The notes: a model not told the origin generated them from the sequence alone. A stretch of DNA of 63,911 nt, filler included, from Collodictyon triciliatum (GCA_043381765.1; 22 parts of 22 records of this genome joined end to end with filler, not necessarily neighbours in it); one strand, 5' to 3'. Shown: positions 28,672 through 43,229, numbered from the whole stretch's first letter. Translations and numbers: made by a program.

Positions 28672-28704
28672 TTTTTCCTTTATTTGATTCAAAGTGTAGC
28701 GAGG
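28672..28704 (-). mobile_element. 33-nt retroelement 3' tip with 17-bp TSD
   Basis: TSD TTGATTTATTGATTCAT at 28655-28671 and 28705-28721; minus-strand insert CCTCGCTACACTTTGAATCAAATAAAGGAAAAA matches the end of 7587-7855. Confidence 0.9.
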
Positions 28705-29738
28705 TTGATTTATTGATTCATATTTGAATGCGTTTTGGACAGTTTCAATAGGTTAACAAGGTGATATTATACTACTGCTCAACGGTCAATATCATCAACT
28801 TAAATATTTTTATTTTTCTTAATTATAAATAAACTATCAGGGACTGCAAATGTATCAATATATTTGATGGATTTCATGTATCTCTAAATTACTTCGTTGA
28901 TTTATAAATAATATTGATGAAGGTTGCTTATGGATTATACACTCATGAAACATTCTATTAACGCTAAATATTTCGTATAATATAAGAAACATGATGTCTG
29001 CAAATAACTGCATGCTGAATGGATATTCTTCCTGGTCAATTTTTATATTATCCCTTTGAATCTATTTTAAATCGTGCAAATGTCTCAAATTATATGTAAT
29101 GGTTAGTCTATTCTCACATAATGCTAAATTTACACACAAAATAAAATTTTAATACAGATACTCATGTAATACCTCTACGTTAATCATGACCTGAGGTTTG
29201 TATTGTGAAGATTTTGCATGAGACTTGAATGAAAAATACCAAACGACCATCGCACAAGTTTTCTAGGTTTAAGATGCTTAAATTTTCATTCAACATAAGC
29301 ATGTTTTCCGTATGTGCCTTGAATTAATAGACAAATCATGAAAAAAATGCTTCGTTAGGAATTATCTTTGTATGATAATGATAATGATAATGATAATGAT
29401 AATGATAATGATAATGATAATGATAATGATAATGATAATGATAATGATAATGATAATGATAATGATAATGNNNNNNNNNNNNNNNNNNNNNNNNNNNNNN
29501 NNNNNNNNNNNNNNTTAATTAATTAANNNNNNNNNNNNNNNNNNNNNNNNNNNNNNNNNNNNNNNNNNNNAAAATAAAATAAAATAAAATAAAATAAAAT
29601 AAAATAAAATAAAATAAAATAAAATAAAATAAAATAAAATAAAATAAAATAAAATAAAATAAAATAAAATAGATATTCTAAACCCTTGATGGTAAATCTA
29701 TTTTATATTCTTCAAAAAAAAAATGAATAAAGATTAAG

Positions 29739-32173
29739 GTATCCAGAAAACCGCGCACCAGGAGAAACCAAGAGTCCAGTCCCGAGCCTGAAGTCGAGAT
29801 TTCAAGTGCACCCACACCCCAGCGCTCTGCTAGTGCCGATCATACACGTCCAACTACATCTGATCTGAATGAGCTTCGAAAAAATGTCTCGCAGAAGGAG
29901 AAGCCCGCAGGAACGAGTGGAATTCCTAAAGCCCCGAAGAAAACGCCTTCATCCAATCCGAGTGAGAAGCAATCAGCCAAGGCATCTGAGTCTCTCCCTC
30001 CAAAACCAAAGTCGTCTTCACGGCCATCATCTAAAGAAGGGGCAGAGCTCAAAAGTGTTCAAGGACAACCAACTCGGACACACTCTCCAATATCAGGTGA
30101 TCCAAAATCAACGCCGGATCTAAATCCAGGAAAGGCCCAGTTAGTTGACGAAAGAGAATTAAGGCGAGTGCTCTCGACCATCCAACACTTGATAACAACT
30201 GGAAAATCGACTTCGGATTTGTTAGCAGAGCTGTCGCAGTTGGTCAAGTCCCATGAGTGTATAGCTAGCGCTGAACGAGGACAAATAGCTGATATTTTGC
30301 TTCTTATAATATCATCAAAAGGGGATGTTGATGCCGTCCTAAGGGCGTGCTCGATTGTGATGAAGGTAATTGCGTTGCATACATAATTTATACATATTCG
30401 CAAAAGATAAACAACTAATGAAAAAAAAAACCATTATTAAGAAGTCAAAAATACATGTTTAACAGATTCTCAGAACTTTGTTGGGATTCTAATGAAGATT
30501 TATAAATGGAAATATTTATCACTCATACGCATTGAATTTTCTTCTTCGTTGACTTTAGTTCTCTTTATAGATTTCCCAAGGAATAGAAGATTTTCTTGTA
30601 TTTGTTGGTGACAGGATGTTTGGCCTAAGCACGGAAAAAGCAAATGACCGTGCATTTTACGAGGAGAAGATATCTGGTATTATTTTATAAGCATATTTAG
30701 GGTATTATCAAATTTCATTCTTCTGATTACGTCTGTTCATAGATCTACGCATACCTATTGATTTTAATCTTAACTCATATTTTTCATAGTTCCAGTTGTT
30801 AGCCTTCTCCCCAGAATACCCATCCTGCAAAATACAAAGTCGCTAATTTTTTTGGTTGGAGTTTTAAAAAACATTTCCAACGAAGAAAGGAACCAAATAT
30901 TGCTGGTACAACAGGGTGCTGTTTCCGTCCTGAATTCCATATTGCTCGAGACCTTAAAGGTACTTTTCTTACTTTTTAATCTCGAGCGTGAGACTTTATA
31001 CATCTTCAGACAAACATTTATATTTTATATATGAATTGATTGGTACTTTGAATCGAATAAAGGAAAAAAAATATATGAATTGATTGGTTTTTTTTTTTTT
31101 TGGCATAGGAAGAATCTGAAGGAAGCCTCCCATTGTAAATATACATATATCAGTTTTTGAAATGTTCACACCAAATTTATGTGCACTCTGCCTATACACC
31201 CAATACCATTAACCTGCATTCACACAAACAGGAAAGATGCAATACGTGTGGTTCTTCAAGTATCCTCTTAATATTACGTAGTCAAAGTCATATACGTGAC
31301 TTTTCAGAATTATTGTCCACACGAATGCAATGCATCCTTATATGATAATTAACCTTTTTCTTTATTCTATAAAGATTGCTGCTACATTCCGAAATCTTTC
31401 GTTGCTAAGTGCTCATAGAAAGCAGTTTGCACTTTTCAAAGTCGTTCAAAATTTATGCATATCTGTATCGCGTTACTACAAATACGAAAAACTTATGACA
31501 TGCATCGCCAGAGTTCTTGCGTAAGTCAAACAATCTGCCCTCATCAGGACGTCTTTCAACATTTTACGCCAAAGTATAACTCTTACCAAGTCAACTCACA
31601 TATATAATCACCGAAAGCAATTACTAACCAATTTGGATGCCCTCTCCTCTTCTATGAAGGAAATTAACTATGTCGTTGGAATGTCGGAATGGCATGTCAG
31701 AAAAGCCTTTATTTATTACATCATTGTTTAAACTATTGGAAATGTACCCGAAAAATGCGGTAATCAATATTCCATAGTCCCTCTTAGTTGTCATATACTT
31801 GTATTGGGTTCTTTTTTCATTTTACTTAGAAAGTGAATTTCCTTTCAAGGAACTTGTTCTTCGGACAGCATTCACATTAGGCTCGTTAACGGCATACAAC
31901 GACGAGAACAGAGTGGCTTTATCCCAGGAAGTATCGCTTTTCTTTTTTTCTTTTCTATATGTTCAACAACATCCCTATGGCTAATATCGATAATTTTTTT
32001 TATAATGCAATCGTATAAATCGAGAAAGAAATACTCCTATAATGCTATAGCAACACCAGATTGGACATATATTCAATCTACTGCAATACTATTTCGAGCA
32101 ATCGTTTCTGGATTCTGATGAGAAACAAAATCAGAGTACGACAAAAGATGAACGAGAAGAAGCGCTTATTTGC
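29739..32173 (+). CDS. ARMC2: Armadillo-repeat protein, ARMC2-like, multi-exon, partial
   Basis: VGVLKNISNEERNQILLVQQGAVSVL; IAATFRNLS...RKQF...LMTCIARVLA; ELVLRTAFTLGSLTAYNDENR. Confidence 0.7.
31045..31070 (+). mobile_element. 26-nt retroelement 3' tip with 18-bp TSD, intronic
   Basis: TSD ATATATGAATTGATTGGT at 31027-31044 and 31071-31088 around ACTTTGAATCGAATAAAGGAAAAAAA. Confidence 0.92.
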
Positions 32174-32562
32174 GTAGGCTTTTTAATTCTATCACTTTCG
32201 ATGCTATAACCATATGAGAACTTCATCTTGCACAACATTGAATGGAAAATAAAATTAAACAAATTTTTTTAGTCATTTCAGACCAAAAAAAAAGAAGAAA
32301 AGAACAAGTTTCTGTGATTGGTTTTGAGAGTCGTCTTTTGTATTTTAGAAACAAAAAACAAAAAAACAAAAAAACAAAAAAACAAAAAAACAAAAAAACA
32401 AAAAAACAAAAAAACAAAAAAACAANNNNNNNNNNNNNNNNNNNNNNNNNNNNNNNNNNNNNNNNNNNNTTAATTAATTAANNNNNNNNNNNNNNNNNNN
32501 NNNNNNNNNNNNNNNNNNNNNNNNNGTTTTAATCGCCATTTCTAATCATATATTTCTTCTAG

Positions 32563-33874
32563 GTCGATCATACTCAGGTAAGCCGATCGATATTTGGGCA
32601 GCTGGGGTGACCCTATACAACTTCATCTACGGCCGGTGTCCGTTTATGGCCGATACTACTGTTAAAATCTTTGAGTTAATAAGGAATGCTAGGTAAAGAG
32701 TTGTGGATATTTTTGAGACGAGTTTCAATTCTTCAAGAACAACCAAAACGAACCGATATGGGCATGTGATTAAAAAAATTGCACGATGATGTGTCATTAT
32801 CATAAGCCGATTTTGTTGCATCAATTATAGTCTAGTTTTTCCCTTCGCCACAAATTCACTGCTGGAGGATTTATTGTCCCGTATGCTCGACAAAGACCCT
32901 CAAACGCGCATCACGATAGACGAAATATTAGTAATCTAGCCAAATCTCATCTTTTCATACTCATGTGTATGTATTTACTCACCAAATTTGGACCGGCTAA
33001 TAATTGACACTATGCCCATTTAAACATAAAAGGCACATCCCTGGGTGACAAAGAACGGGACACAGCCCCTTATCATAGGTGATGTACAAGCACCTATTCC
33101 TGCTACTGTATCTGATGAAGAGATTCGCAAGGCCATGGATAAATTTCTTGTTGTCGTGAGTATCCTCTTTTTCTTTGCATGATTAATCCACACTTATGGT
33201 TGCCGTTTTCTTTTCTTCTGCACATTGCGACCATGAATATTCATATTTGTCATTTTATTTTAATTTTACTTGTTTATTATTTTTATTATTGGTGTATTAA
33301 ATTTTAAAAAGCATCTGAAAGTAAGAGAATAGTCCCGCTCTTTTAAACATTGCGGAAAATCTAGGGGAAATCGCTGCGAACCAAGATGACCCGCATCCAA
33401 ACTGAAGCAACAGCATCGACGGGAGGTGATGCTGGAAGCAATCCTCTCAATACGAGTCATCCCCATTCACAGGGCAGCGGAACTTCCTTACCAAGCGCCA
33501 GCAACACACCAAACCGCGGATTAAGCCAAGTTCCTAGTCAAGGTTCCAGCACGGGTGCTGGCTCTCGGCCATTATTGAACATGTTTGATGACCTACATCG
33601 AAAACTGACTGTGATGCAGACGACGATGGCTTCTCGTGATGCCAAGTTTCAAGACCTGGAGAGCCGTCTCAGTGTGTGTGAATCAGAGCTAACCAGCCGG
33701 AATCAGCGGTTTGAGCACATGAAACAACACCTCACAGAGCTTAATGCGAGGTACCAGAAGGGCAAGAGTGCTCGAGTAAGGCGCGTTGCTTCATCAACCC
33801 CATCTGTACCAGAAGGCTCGGTCATTAACTCTAGGGAGAAACACGCCATGGCTCGGTCGGCCGTGAGAAAGTAA
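32563..33874 (+). CDS. CAMKK/GRIK-like Ser/Thr kinase C-lobe + coiled-coil tail, 5' incomplete
   Basis: YSGKPIDIWAAGVTLYNFIYGRCPF; LEDLLSRMLDKDPQTRITIDEIL|AHPWVTKNG; last exon ends at TAA 33874. Confidence 0.82.
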
Positions 33875-34625
33875 TACCATTCAATCCCACACCCAACAGG
33901 GAGAATTGTACATAAAGAAAGTTTCCCAGCAGTTCGGCTACCACGGTGGGGGTGATAGGGGATAACTGTGCCTCTTTGCTTCTCGTTCGCCTCATTACTA
34001 TTACTATATTAGCCCCCTTTTTGTTCTCTCTTTTGGCTAGATATTTTTTCGTTTCTTTTTTTTTTTTTCTCCTCAAGGTTCGGCTTTCTTTCTCTTTCAG
34101 TTGCGAGTGATATAATTTCGAGAACCCATTCTCTCCCCATTATTGAAGATATAGACACGCGAAAGAAGAAAAAAAAGGAAGGAAGGAAGCCAACACACCA
34201 GGGATGAACGTAGTGCAGGTTTATTAAAAAAAAAAAAAGAAAAGAAAAGATAGTGGCAGGGGGTGTAGCTTATCATCAGAATGGTGAGGCGCCCGTATTA
34301 CCCGACAAGAGTGTGTATGGACTAGAGATCTTGCTGCTGTTCGTCATGAAGAGCTAAGAATGGGGCGGTTGGTGACGAAGAGAGCCTAGAAGAAGGTGTT
34401 GGAATCAGAGGTGTTCAGGTCATAACTCTTCACGGGCTGTCTTCACTACTTTCATGCGAGACGGCCGGGCGTGATATGGTATTTGTTTGGGCGACATGAA
34501 GATTGCGCGGGGGAAACGAGATATATTCCGGAGCACAAGGAAAGAGACTCCATTGAAAAATACTAGTGTGGTTACCTTCATTTCTGAGATAAGCAAGCTA
34601 GCCACTTCTCCCGTGGTGTGCCAAG

Positions 34626-35380
34626 TTAAGACGAGGAGGAGGAAGATGAAGACGACGACGACTTACGTCCGTGACCCTTCTTTGGCTACACATACGAATG
34701 TCGATCAAACAGAAGAACCAATATAAGAATAGACGAATCCATATGCGAATGACGTCATCAATGCTCAGCGAGTTGTTCGTTGAGTGAAAAGAGAAACTGG
34801 GGCCGTGCAGAGGCCACGCGCGGGAACACAGACAGAGACAGACCTTTCCGTGCTTGCCAAGCTTCACGCCGTGGGCGGGATAACCGTGCTGGGGTGGGTA
34901 GGCGGCGTGGGGAGGGTACCCGGGCTGCACAGGAGGGTATCCGGGCTGCACAGGGGGGTACCCGGGCTGCACAGGGGGGTATCCGGGCTGCACAGGAGGG
35001 TATCCGGGCTGCTGTGGCGGGTATCCGGGCTGCTGTGGCGGGTATCCTTGTGGCTGTGGCGGGTATCCTTGTGGCTGTGGTGGGTAACCGTGCGGCTGCG
35101 GGGGGTATCCAGGCTGCTGTGGTGGGTATCCAGGCTGCTGTGGCGGGTAACCGTGTGGCTGCGGGGGGTATCCAGGCTGCTGTGGTGGGTAACCGGGCTG
35201 CTGTGGCGGGTAACCGGGTTGCTGTGGCGGGTAGCCGGCCGGGGGGTATCCGGGCTGCTGGGGGTAGCCGGGTTGCTGTGGCGGGTAGCCAGCCGGAGGG
35301 TAGCCAGCCGGGGGGTAGCCAGCCGGGGGGTATCCGGGTTGCTGTGGGGGCTAGCGGGTGGGGGCCTGCGGGGGGAGGGG
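34626..35380 (-). CDS. Pro/Gly/Tyr/Gln-rich (QPGYPP)n protein, 5' incomplete
   Basis: GC-rich ~15-21 bp repeats encoding QPGYPP, then GVKLGKHGK|intron|[18 protein letters not shown]. Confidence 0.7.
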
Positions 35381-35480
35381 NNNNNNNNNNNNNNNNNNNN
35401 NNNNNNNNNNNNNNNNNNNNNNNNTTAATTAATTAANNNNNNNNNNNNNNNNNNNNNNNNNNNNNNNNNNNNNNNNNNNN

Positions 35481-35757
35481 CAGATTGGATTTGCCTACCT
35501 TTGCTACACTCGGGCTCACACTGCCAGGTATGGTGGGTCTCAACCCAGTCGTCTGAATCAGATGGGCGAGCGCTCGCCGTTGTCGGGACTCGGGATACTC
35601 GTGGAAGGGCACTTGCGACGTCATGATTTCCCAAACAACCACACCCAGCGCATAGACGTCACACTACAGAGTCATGTGCGGTTGCGTTATCTCATCGAGT
35701 CTTTTCATGGCTTCAAACATCTCTGGGTGATTTTCATGTTTTTGTTCTTGCATGATA

Positions 35758-35825
<68 letters not shown>

Positions 35826-38334
35826 AATGATGATAAAAACCTTTTCGTTAAAGGCGCACAGCTTTCCGAGAATTTCGGGGGCTGTCCAGTGCACAGTGGA
35901 CGGAAGAAAGTCTTGGTCTTTGGATGCGAAAGGATTATTTGTGCTCAGCTCAAGGTCAGATATCTATGGTAAGATACCGTTTTTACTTTTCTTTTTTATT
36001 TTCTCTTTTATTAGCATGAAATCATTAATATCTAAACATTCTCTCTTTCCTACCTTAACGGTATTCTGTTCGTCCACAAGAAAGTTCAGACTTTTGATGT
36101 CCTTGTGTAGAATTGGAGGCGTCTGGCTGTGCAGAAAAGCAACAGCTCTAGCACAATCAACTGACATTTTCATTCTCATATGAATGTCCAGAGGGCTTTG
36201 AATACTTGTGTCCGAGTTCATCCCTGCTCAAAAGAAAAATAATTTTTTATATTCATCTTCAAAATATGCGTACCTTATCTCATTTCCTATCGCCAACATA
36301 TTCCCATATCCTTGCATCATATCAGCAAAGCATTCATACGATAAAACAAACAGCAATCTAGCAAGCTCTGTTGTCACATATACATCTATATATCAAATCA
36401 AATACATACGCGATAAAGTCCTTGCAAGCAGGTGGGGTTTTTGCTGCTGACAAGCTGCATCACGGACGAGAAAGTCGTACAAGCTTCCTTTGCTGCAAAA
36501 TTCCATGACAAGTCCAATGGTTGGTGGGACAATACACACCCCTTCTACATACACGACGTTTGGATGTCTCAGGCCGCTCAGCAGCGATGCCTCTTTGAAA
36601 AAGTTATGAATCGCTGTGGGCGTCAGATTCAGACAGTATATCATCTTCATCGCAACAATCCGTCCCTTGTGATTCAAAATCAATCAATCGCATGCTTCGA
36701 TATTGCACATAATTTTTTTTAATTGTCAAGACAAAAAGAATTTCTTACATTTTCAAACGTTAAGAATACCTAAAAAAATAAATTATTCAGACTTCGATAC
36801 GTGTCTCTACCTTGTAGATGCACTTGAATACTTTCGAGGTACCTCCCATTCCTATACTGTCGCCTTCCACGACTGAAATACGTGAGAAGTTGAGGAACTT
36901 GACTTTACCAGTACTTGTGCTGATTTGCTGGACGAAGTTGACAGCATATGCTCGTTGCGACTGTGGGCTCAACATGCTCATTCTCTTTTCGACACCGATG
37001 CTGTTGCCAATCGGATTAGAGCCACTGTGATGAGGACTGGACGACTTTGGAGACTCTGGGTCTTCGTGATTATCTGACAGGTTGTCTTCATCTTTGTCAC
37101 CTCCAAGAGCAATCCCTTGCCAGTACAACGAGTCTCTCTTGAATGTCTGGTATGCAATAATCGGTCTGCAAATGCCAAAAAGAATAATTAAACTCACACG
37201 ATGGATACAATGCCCTAAATCACAACCCAAGTAAAGAGCGGTGGAGCACATTATCATTAAGAATCTGAAGACTCCCCAAAATCGGGCGTAGTATATAAGT
37301 GCTGGACGAGCAAAGACATATCGAGGCGTCATTGTTGCCATGATAATATAGAAAAGACAAAGCAACCCATCCCATCCAACTCTCAGGGCAAATGATATGG
37401 TGTGTGTCATGTATCGGAATGATACAAGCTGTGAAATTTTCAATCAAATTATATAGTCAGCCTTCTCTTTCTTTTTATATTTGGTCGATAATATGTAATC
37501 TGTTGATTGAGACTGCTCATACAAAATGTGTATCAAAATGGTTTTAAAGTAAAAGATATACAACGTTACCAGAGTACAAAACGCCAGCGAAAATAAGACC
37601 AAAGCCATGGACGAAGCCCTTTTCATCGCATCAACGCCAGAGCCATGCTCCATCAGAAAAAATGCAATTCCTTCCAGAGAGAATCTCTGCATAGCCCAAA
37701 TAGTTGCATGAACGGAGCTAATAACACACATAATACGAGTCATTCATTGAAAATACATCCTTATATTGTATTATGATGTGGTAAAATAAAATAGACAATT
37801 TTGGATTTGATGAGGGTTCGAAGGCTTCCATATAAAAAGACATGCCACTAATGCCATTCGAACCTGATTCCCCATGAGTTTTCTGAGCTCAATGATAGTG
37901 GAGATATCATATCTGTAATCCCATGAACAAAGCTTATAAAAGCTATCATCCATAGATACCTTTTTGAATTATATGGTATGTTTTATTTATAATGAGAATA
38001 ATGAACCATCATCGATTGCATTTTGATTGAAGAAAAAAGCATTATGTAACAAATATGGATTGCAAGCTGAGTCCTTCCATTAAGTAATTCGGCTGTAAGG
38101 AAATTTTCATTATACATATAAATCTAATAGTATGGATGAGTACCAGACATAAACCGGCAGAATCAGCGGAGTTTTCAACAACATTTCGTTATCATCAGCA
38201 GAGGTAGAGTTTGAAGAGAACTGCTCCATGGGAGTGCTTTTTGACTGAAGGGAAAAGTCTGACATGCTTTGCTCGTTCATATGGCGAATAGCTTTTGCTT
38301 TCGAATATGTGTACAGAACAATTCCAAAGGCGGC
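35481..38334 (-). CDS. Multi-TM (GPCR-like) domain fused to a tyrosine-kinase-like (TKL) kinase, both ends incomplete
   Basis: Several hydrophobic helices (38334-37150), then GMGGTSKVFK, VAMK, FFKEASLLSGLRHPNVV, LVMEFC, ILHKDIKSLNFLVD, TVHWTAPEIL, DVYALGVVVWEIMT..PF, GLRPTIP. Confidence 0.85.
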
Positions 38335-38434
38335 NNNNNNNNNNNNNNNNNNNNNNNNNNNNNNNNNNNNNNNNNNNNTTAATTAATTAANNNNNNNNNN
38401 NNNNNNNNNNNNNNNNNNNNNNNNNNNNNNNNNN

Positions 38435-38745
38435 CGCCTGCGCGTAGCTTCAAGCAGATTCGGGTAGAGAGTAGTCCATGGGTCATGTAGATTATGTTGA
38501 TTGACCCAGTTGATGAATGGCTTGTCTTGTCTTGTGGACACGCCTGTCCATTCTAGCTCTGGGTCAAGGACTGCGTTGAAGTCTCCACATATGATTGTAT
38601 GGGGTGTCAAGCTCCTTAGTGAGTTGCTCGAACTCTCCCATTCTTGTTTGGAGGCCAGCCGTTTGGAGCGACATGTAGCAAGTGACTATCCTTGTTGTTT
38701 TCCCATCCATCTGGATACGCATGCTTATGGCGCGGCCGGGAATAA
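38435..38745 (-). mobile_element. Non-LTR retrotransposon (L1/Tx1-like) APE endonuclease fragment, 5'-truncated and frameshifted
   Basis: IPGRAISMRIQMDGKTTRIVTCY, a frameshift, then TIICGDFNAVLDPELE...NLHDPWTTLYP; intronless; runs off the contig. Confidence 0.8.
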
Positions 38746-41387
38746 TGAATTTAAATATGGGCTTACAAATATTGGAAGATTTAGATAATCAGTGTTTTTT
38801 AAAAAAGAAAATATACACACTTTATCGAAATAAGAATACAAAAAAATAAATAAAATATAAATACTGCAATTCATCCGTCAACTTACAGAATAATAAAGTC
38901 AAGCTGTAGTCTTGTGTTTTATCCAGCGGAGTCATTACATGGGTCAACACGTTAGAGTCTGCAAGTGGATAATGCAAGAATGGTTAGCAAAACAGTTATC
39001 AATAAAATCCAGAGTTAAATATATATGAAATATAATAATGATTAAGAAAATTGGATTGTAATATCATATAATTCCAACGATTATATATAATCTGATTTAA
39101 TGATACCACAGAGAGAATAAATCGATTAAATAAATGTGCTGCAAGAGAGCCAGATATGATAATTTGCGTGATTCTACTACCTTTCCCACTCGACACTGCA
39201 ATCGCTGCTTTGTCGCCTCTGTCGAATAAGCAACATTTGAAAAGTTGGATGAGACTTGGTGACTTATATTGTATCGTATAATGTAGGAATGATGCAAGAA
39301 ATAATAAACTGAACAAGAATAGTCACGCTTTTCTCAATTTCAAGACCTGTTGGTGACAGTCGTTTGGTGTATCTGTCTCAACCAAATGGAAGAAGCATTC
39401 TCTGCAGACACCCTGATTGTTTTTGGTCTCTTGATGGCCACTTTTCCTGGCATCGACGTGTTAGCAAGATATCGGAGCAACGAACAAAAAAATAGAAATG
39501 AAAGAAGAGAAAAATTGAAGGTATAGATGAAGAGTCACGAAGATATTTTCACTTACAGCAATAGCCTGCGGACATAACTATTGAATTCTATTCTGTGCTT
39601 GGGAAGAGGTTTATACTTTTTTTCGTACGCAAATCAAGGAAGGCGCGCTGCAAGCATAATCCCTTTCGCTTTCAGTTTATCTAGCGTTATTTTTAAGAAA
39701 GGAAACGCTATTGAGCATTTACCTTTTGTTTTCCTTTTCCAATAGTTTTTTGGTTATTATTTTGTTGTATTTTTATATCGTTTTAGCGTGAGTATAAACC
39801 ACCGCACAATAGGACTCCTTATTGATTTCAAAGATATGTTTTTTGTTGGGTGAGCAGACTTTTCACAAAATAAAAAACCCGTCTCAGCCAAAGTAATGGT
39901 TGACTCCCAAAAGAGACGCCCTACGAAGGACATCATCCACACGGAATCTGTCCCCGAAGCGATCGGCCCTTAAAAGGTATTGTATTATCTCCCAATACTT
40001 GCACAAGTTCTCTTTTGACTAAAGTACTTTTGTGCATAACAAAGTCGCATATTATTCTTAGCCAAGCGACCGCAGCAAAGGGCTTCCTCTTCGCCTCTGG
40101 GCAAAGCGGAATGAATCCCATGGTGGATACCCCACAACCAAGCACTCCATCACTTTCTTATTTATCAAATGCAGAGAGAAAAACTCATTGCACAAAAGTA
40201 TTTCTCACAAAATCAACAAAATCCCTCACTCAATAAGCCAAACTGAAAGAAAATATTTATATCATCGCAGAACACGGAGCTCGCAGCCGATGTCCAAAGT
40301 CCAAGCTCACCAGGGTTTATCACGAACAATCAATTGCCCAAAGACATGACTTTATGTTTTTTTTCAATATAGCTCCTCATCATGATGGAATACTATTCGA
40401 GTCATCTGTTTGTGCGTATACTGTGCCGAGTCACTTTCACGCCATTCAAAAGGCACTCAACCTGGTTTGGAGAATAGAAGGTTATTCTGGAGACTGGCAG
40501 ATGTCTCTTGCAAATGCTGTCAAACCGCTGTCCTTCTCCGCGACACAAAGACTTTGCGGCGATTAACGAAATCCACGTTCCATATATAATCATTCACTGG
40601 ATAGATTATTGACACATGCCATCACCAGAAAAGCTTGAATACAAATATCATTCTTTACAATCATTTAATGTATATCATTTATCGTGTATAGCGTATCTGA
40701 TACCTTATTATTTTTCTACCGATATATCTTGTGTTCTTGGGAATCAGGAGATGGCAAAAACTTTACACAGCATAAAACTGCCAATTCACTAATCTTCACC
40801 AAGAAACCTCCCGCCCGCGCCTGTTACGCAGCCGTCAGTTTTCTTTGTGATGCCCATGTTGATATGGAATGCATCGCCGTCCTCAATCCCAAGTAAACAC
40901 GATTGCATCGACCAATGGAAGAGCTAGCAAACACGCATTCAAAAACCAGAATAAGAGAAAAAGAAATGTAAAAAATGGAAGATTTAGTGGCGTTGCAGAT
41001 GCGCTTCCTCCCTTAGCTAATGAACCTCAGTCTACCAAATAAGGTGTATTTCCACGAATATTCGGTCTTTCCAGATCAAACGGATTTCTCTGATCAAGCA
41101 GAATCACAAACAATCAACAGGAAATCGCAGCAACTCACAAGGCAGGAAGCCTGAGACGAAGCAGACTGAAACGCTGCGTATATGTTTTCAAAGCAAGCGT
41201 GTTGTGAAGAGCCCCAAATAACAGCAGCATAAATACTCTCTTTGCTGCGCGGTGAAATACGCTGGAGAAGAAACTGATGTGGACTGCNNNNNNNNNNNNN
41301 NNNNNNNNNNNNNNNNNNNNNNNNNNNNNNNTTAATTAATTAANNNNNNNNNNNNNNNNNNNNNNNNNNNNNNNNNNNNNNNNNNNN

Positions 41388-43144
41388 GTAGACTAGAGCA
41401 TATCACGAATGTCCTGCAGGGTCGTCATATGTGTCTCTGGTGGTAACGTGGTCTGTGTCTCCATATTCGTCTGCTTGTGCGTTTTAAGTTAAAAAATAGT
41501 TAAAAGGTTTCTTCTTTCTTTTTTTTTTTCTAATGAAATATGATAAAAGCCAGAATCAATAAAACTGTATTAAAGTATAGAAGCGGTTGTGTCGTAACAT
41601 ACACACACTTTTCATGCTGGTCAATGAAACGAGAATCCCTTCAAGAGTCTCATTTATTGAGGAGAGTAAGGTGGCTTGAACACCGCTGCGGATGGTACCT
41701 GTATGGCGTATCTGTCAATTTTACTGAAAAGTAAATTACACCAGAGAAAAAAAAACCTCAAGTCATTTAAAGAGGAAGAGAACACGTATAGGCAGTGTGC
41801 AAATATGCTATGCGTTATATTCTTGGTTGGATATACAATCTGAACTCACCTGCGATTTTGTATTCGTCTTCTTGGTTGCTTGTTCCGCTGTTTGCTGATC
41901 GGCCATGGTTAGAGTAGCTCTGTTTCAATGAAGCTAACATTTGATTGAGTCGTGCGAATCACCAAAGATACAAAAGTATCAAATATTACGTTTGTATATG
42001 ATACTCTTTGAGTCGGAGAACCAAGGAAAGATAAAGAGCAATGGAAGGGAGATACCATATTGAGATAGTGCTTTGTGCAGATAGCCCCGGCATATTTGAT
42101 CGATTCGGGGAGAAAGAAATCCGTGGATGGCACTGATTTGCAATAAGCAGGACGAAGTTATAATCAGAAGCATAAGTTCCCAGAGGAAGAAATTTTTTTG
42201 GTGATATTATCATGTTAATATGTTAAGGTGTATCTTGCAAGTGAATAACTACAAAGTCTTTTCTGTTGGGGCAGGTGGGTATCGGCCTTGGGTTGTCATA
42301 GACGCATAGCTACTTGCAGACTATATCATAAATCGTAAATAGGTGCCCAAGTAACGGGGAAACGAATACATTACGGAGTAGCGGGCTTGGATAATGGTAA
42401 ATTTCGTAATGCCGTGGAATGCTAATATGGTTCATTTTGATATAAATTTTGAGGCTAGACATAAAATTATACCTCTGGTGTCTGCTTCTTCCCTGTCCCT
42501 CTGAAAGAGCGAGAGTACTTAGCTCGGGTACTAGAATCTGATTCAGTATAACTCCTAACCCAACCAATTAAGTCGAAATGAGTATGTGAGTTTGGATTTA
42601 TAGAAAAAATACTTTCAATTACCCTAAATGAATGATAAATCAATTACGTGGAATCATGCACATGTCCTTCGGTATTTTTGCAGTTATGGCACTTGCAATG
42701 GTATGAGCACGGAACACTGAATTATATTGGATGTATATATTAGAAATCACCTTGTTTATTCCCGCCCTTAAGCCAGTTGATATTGTGTCTCAAAAAATAA
42801 AAGATATATGTTGTTACCCAGCTTGGTAGCATTCGCAGTATTTTTTCTGACATCCAGATTTCTTACAATTACAACCCCGGTGATGGCGAGTATTTCCCTA
42901 TGTAACCTTTGACTTTAGAGTTGCTTTTTTTCAATTGACCGTGATAAAGTGTACTCGTATTCATAGAGAAATTATGACCAACCAAAGAGTTTTGTATTTT
43001 TGGTGTGAAAGCATCTGGTCTCTTATCCAGTAATTGTGAGATAGCTTTTGCTCGTTCTGCTCCATTCTCAGGATTATTGAGGCAGTTGACACATGAACAT
43101 CCTTGGCAATACGAACCATTTGCGAAGCACTCGCAGTACCTAGA

Positions 43145-43229
<85 letters not shown>

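Noticed and set aside
40300-40950. Possible decayed tyrosine recombinase on the minus strand (YLGLR and TRHSIRT resemble the R and HxxR motifs)
   Set aside because: The motifs are short, separated by many stops, and no catalytic Tyr region was found. Not supportable without a profile search.
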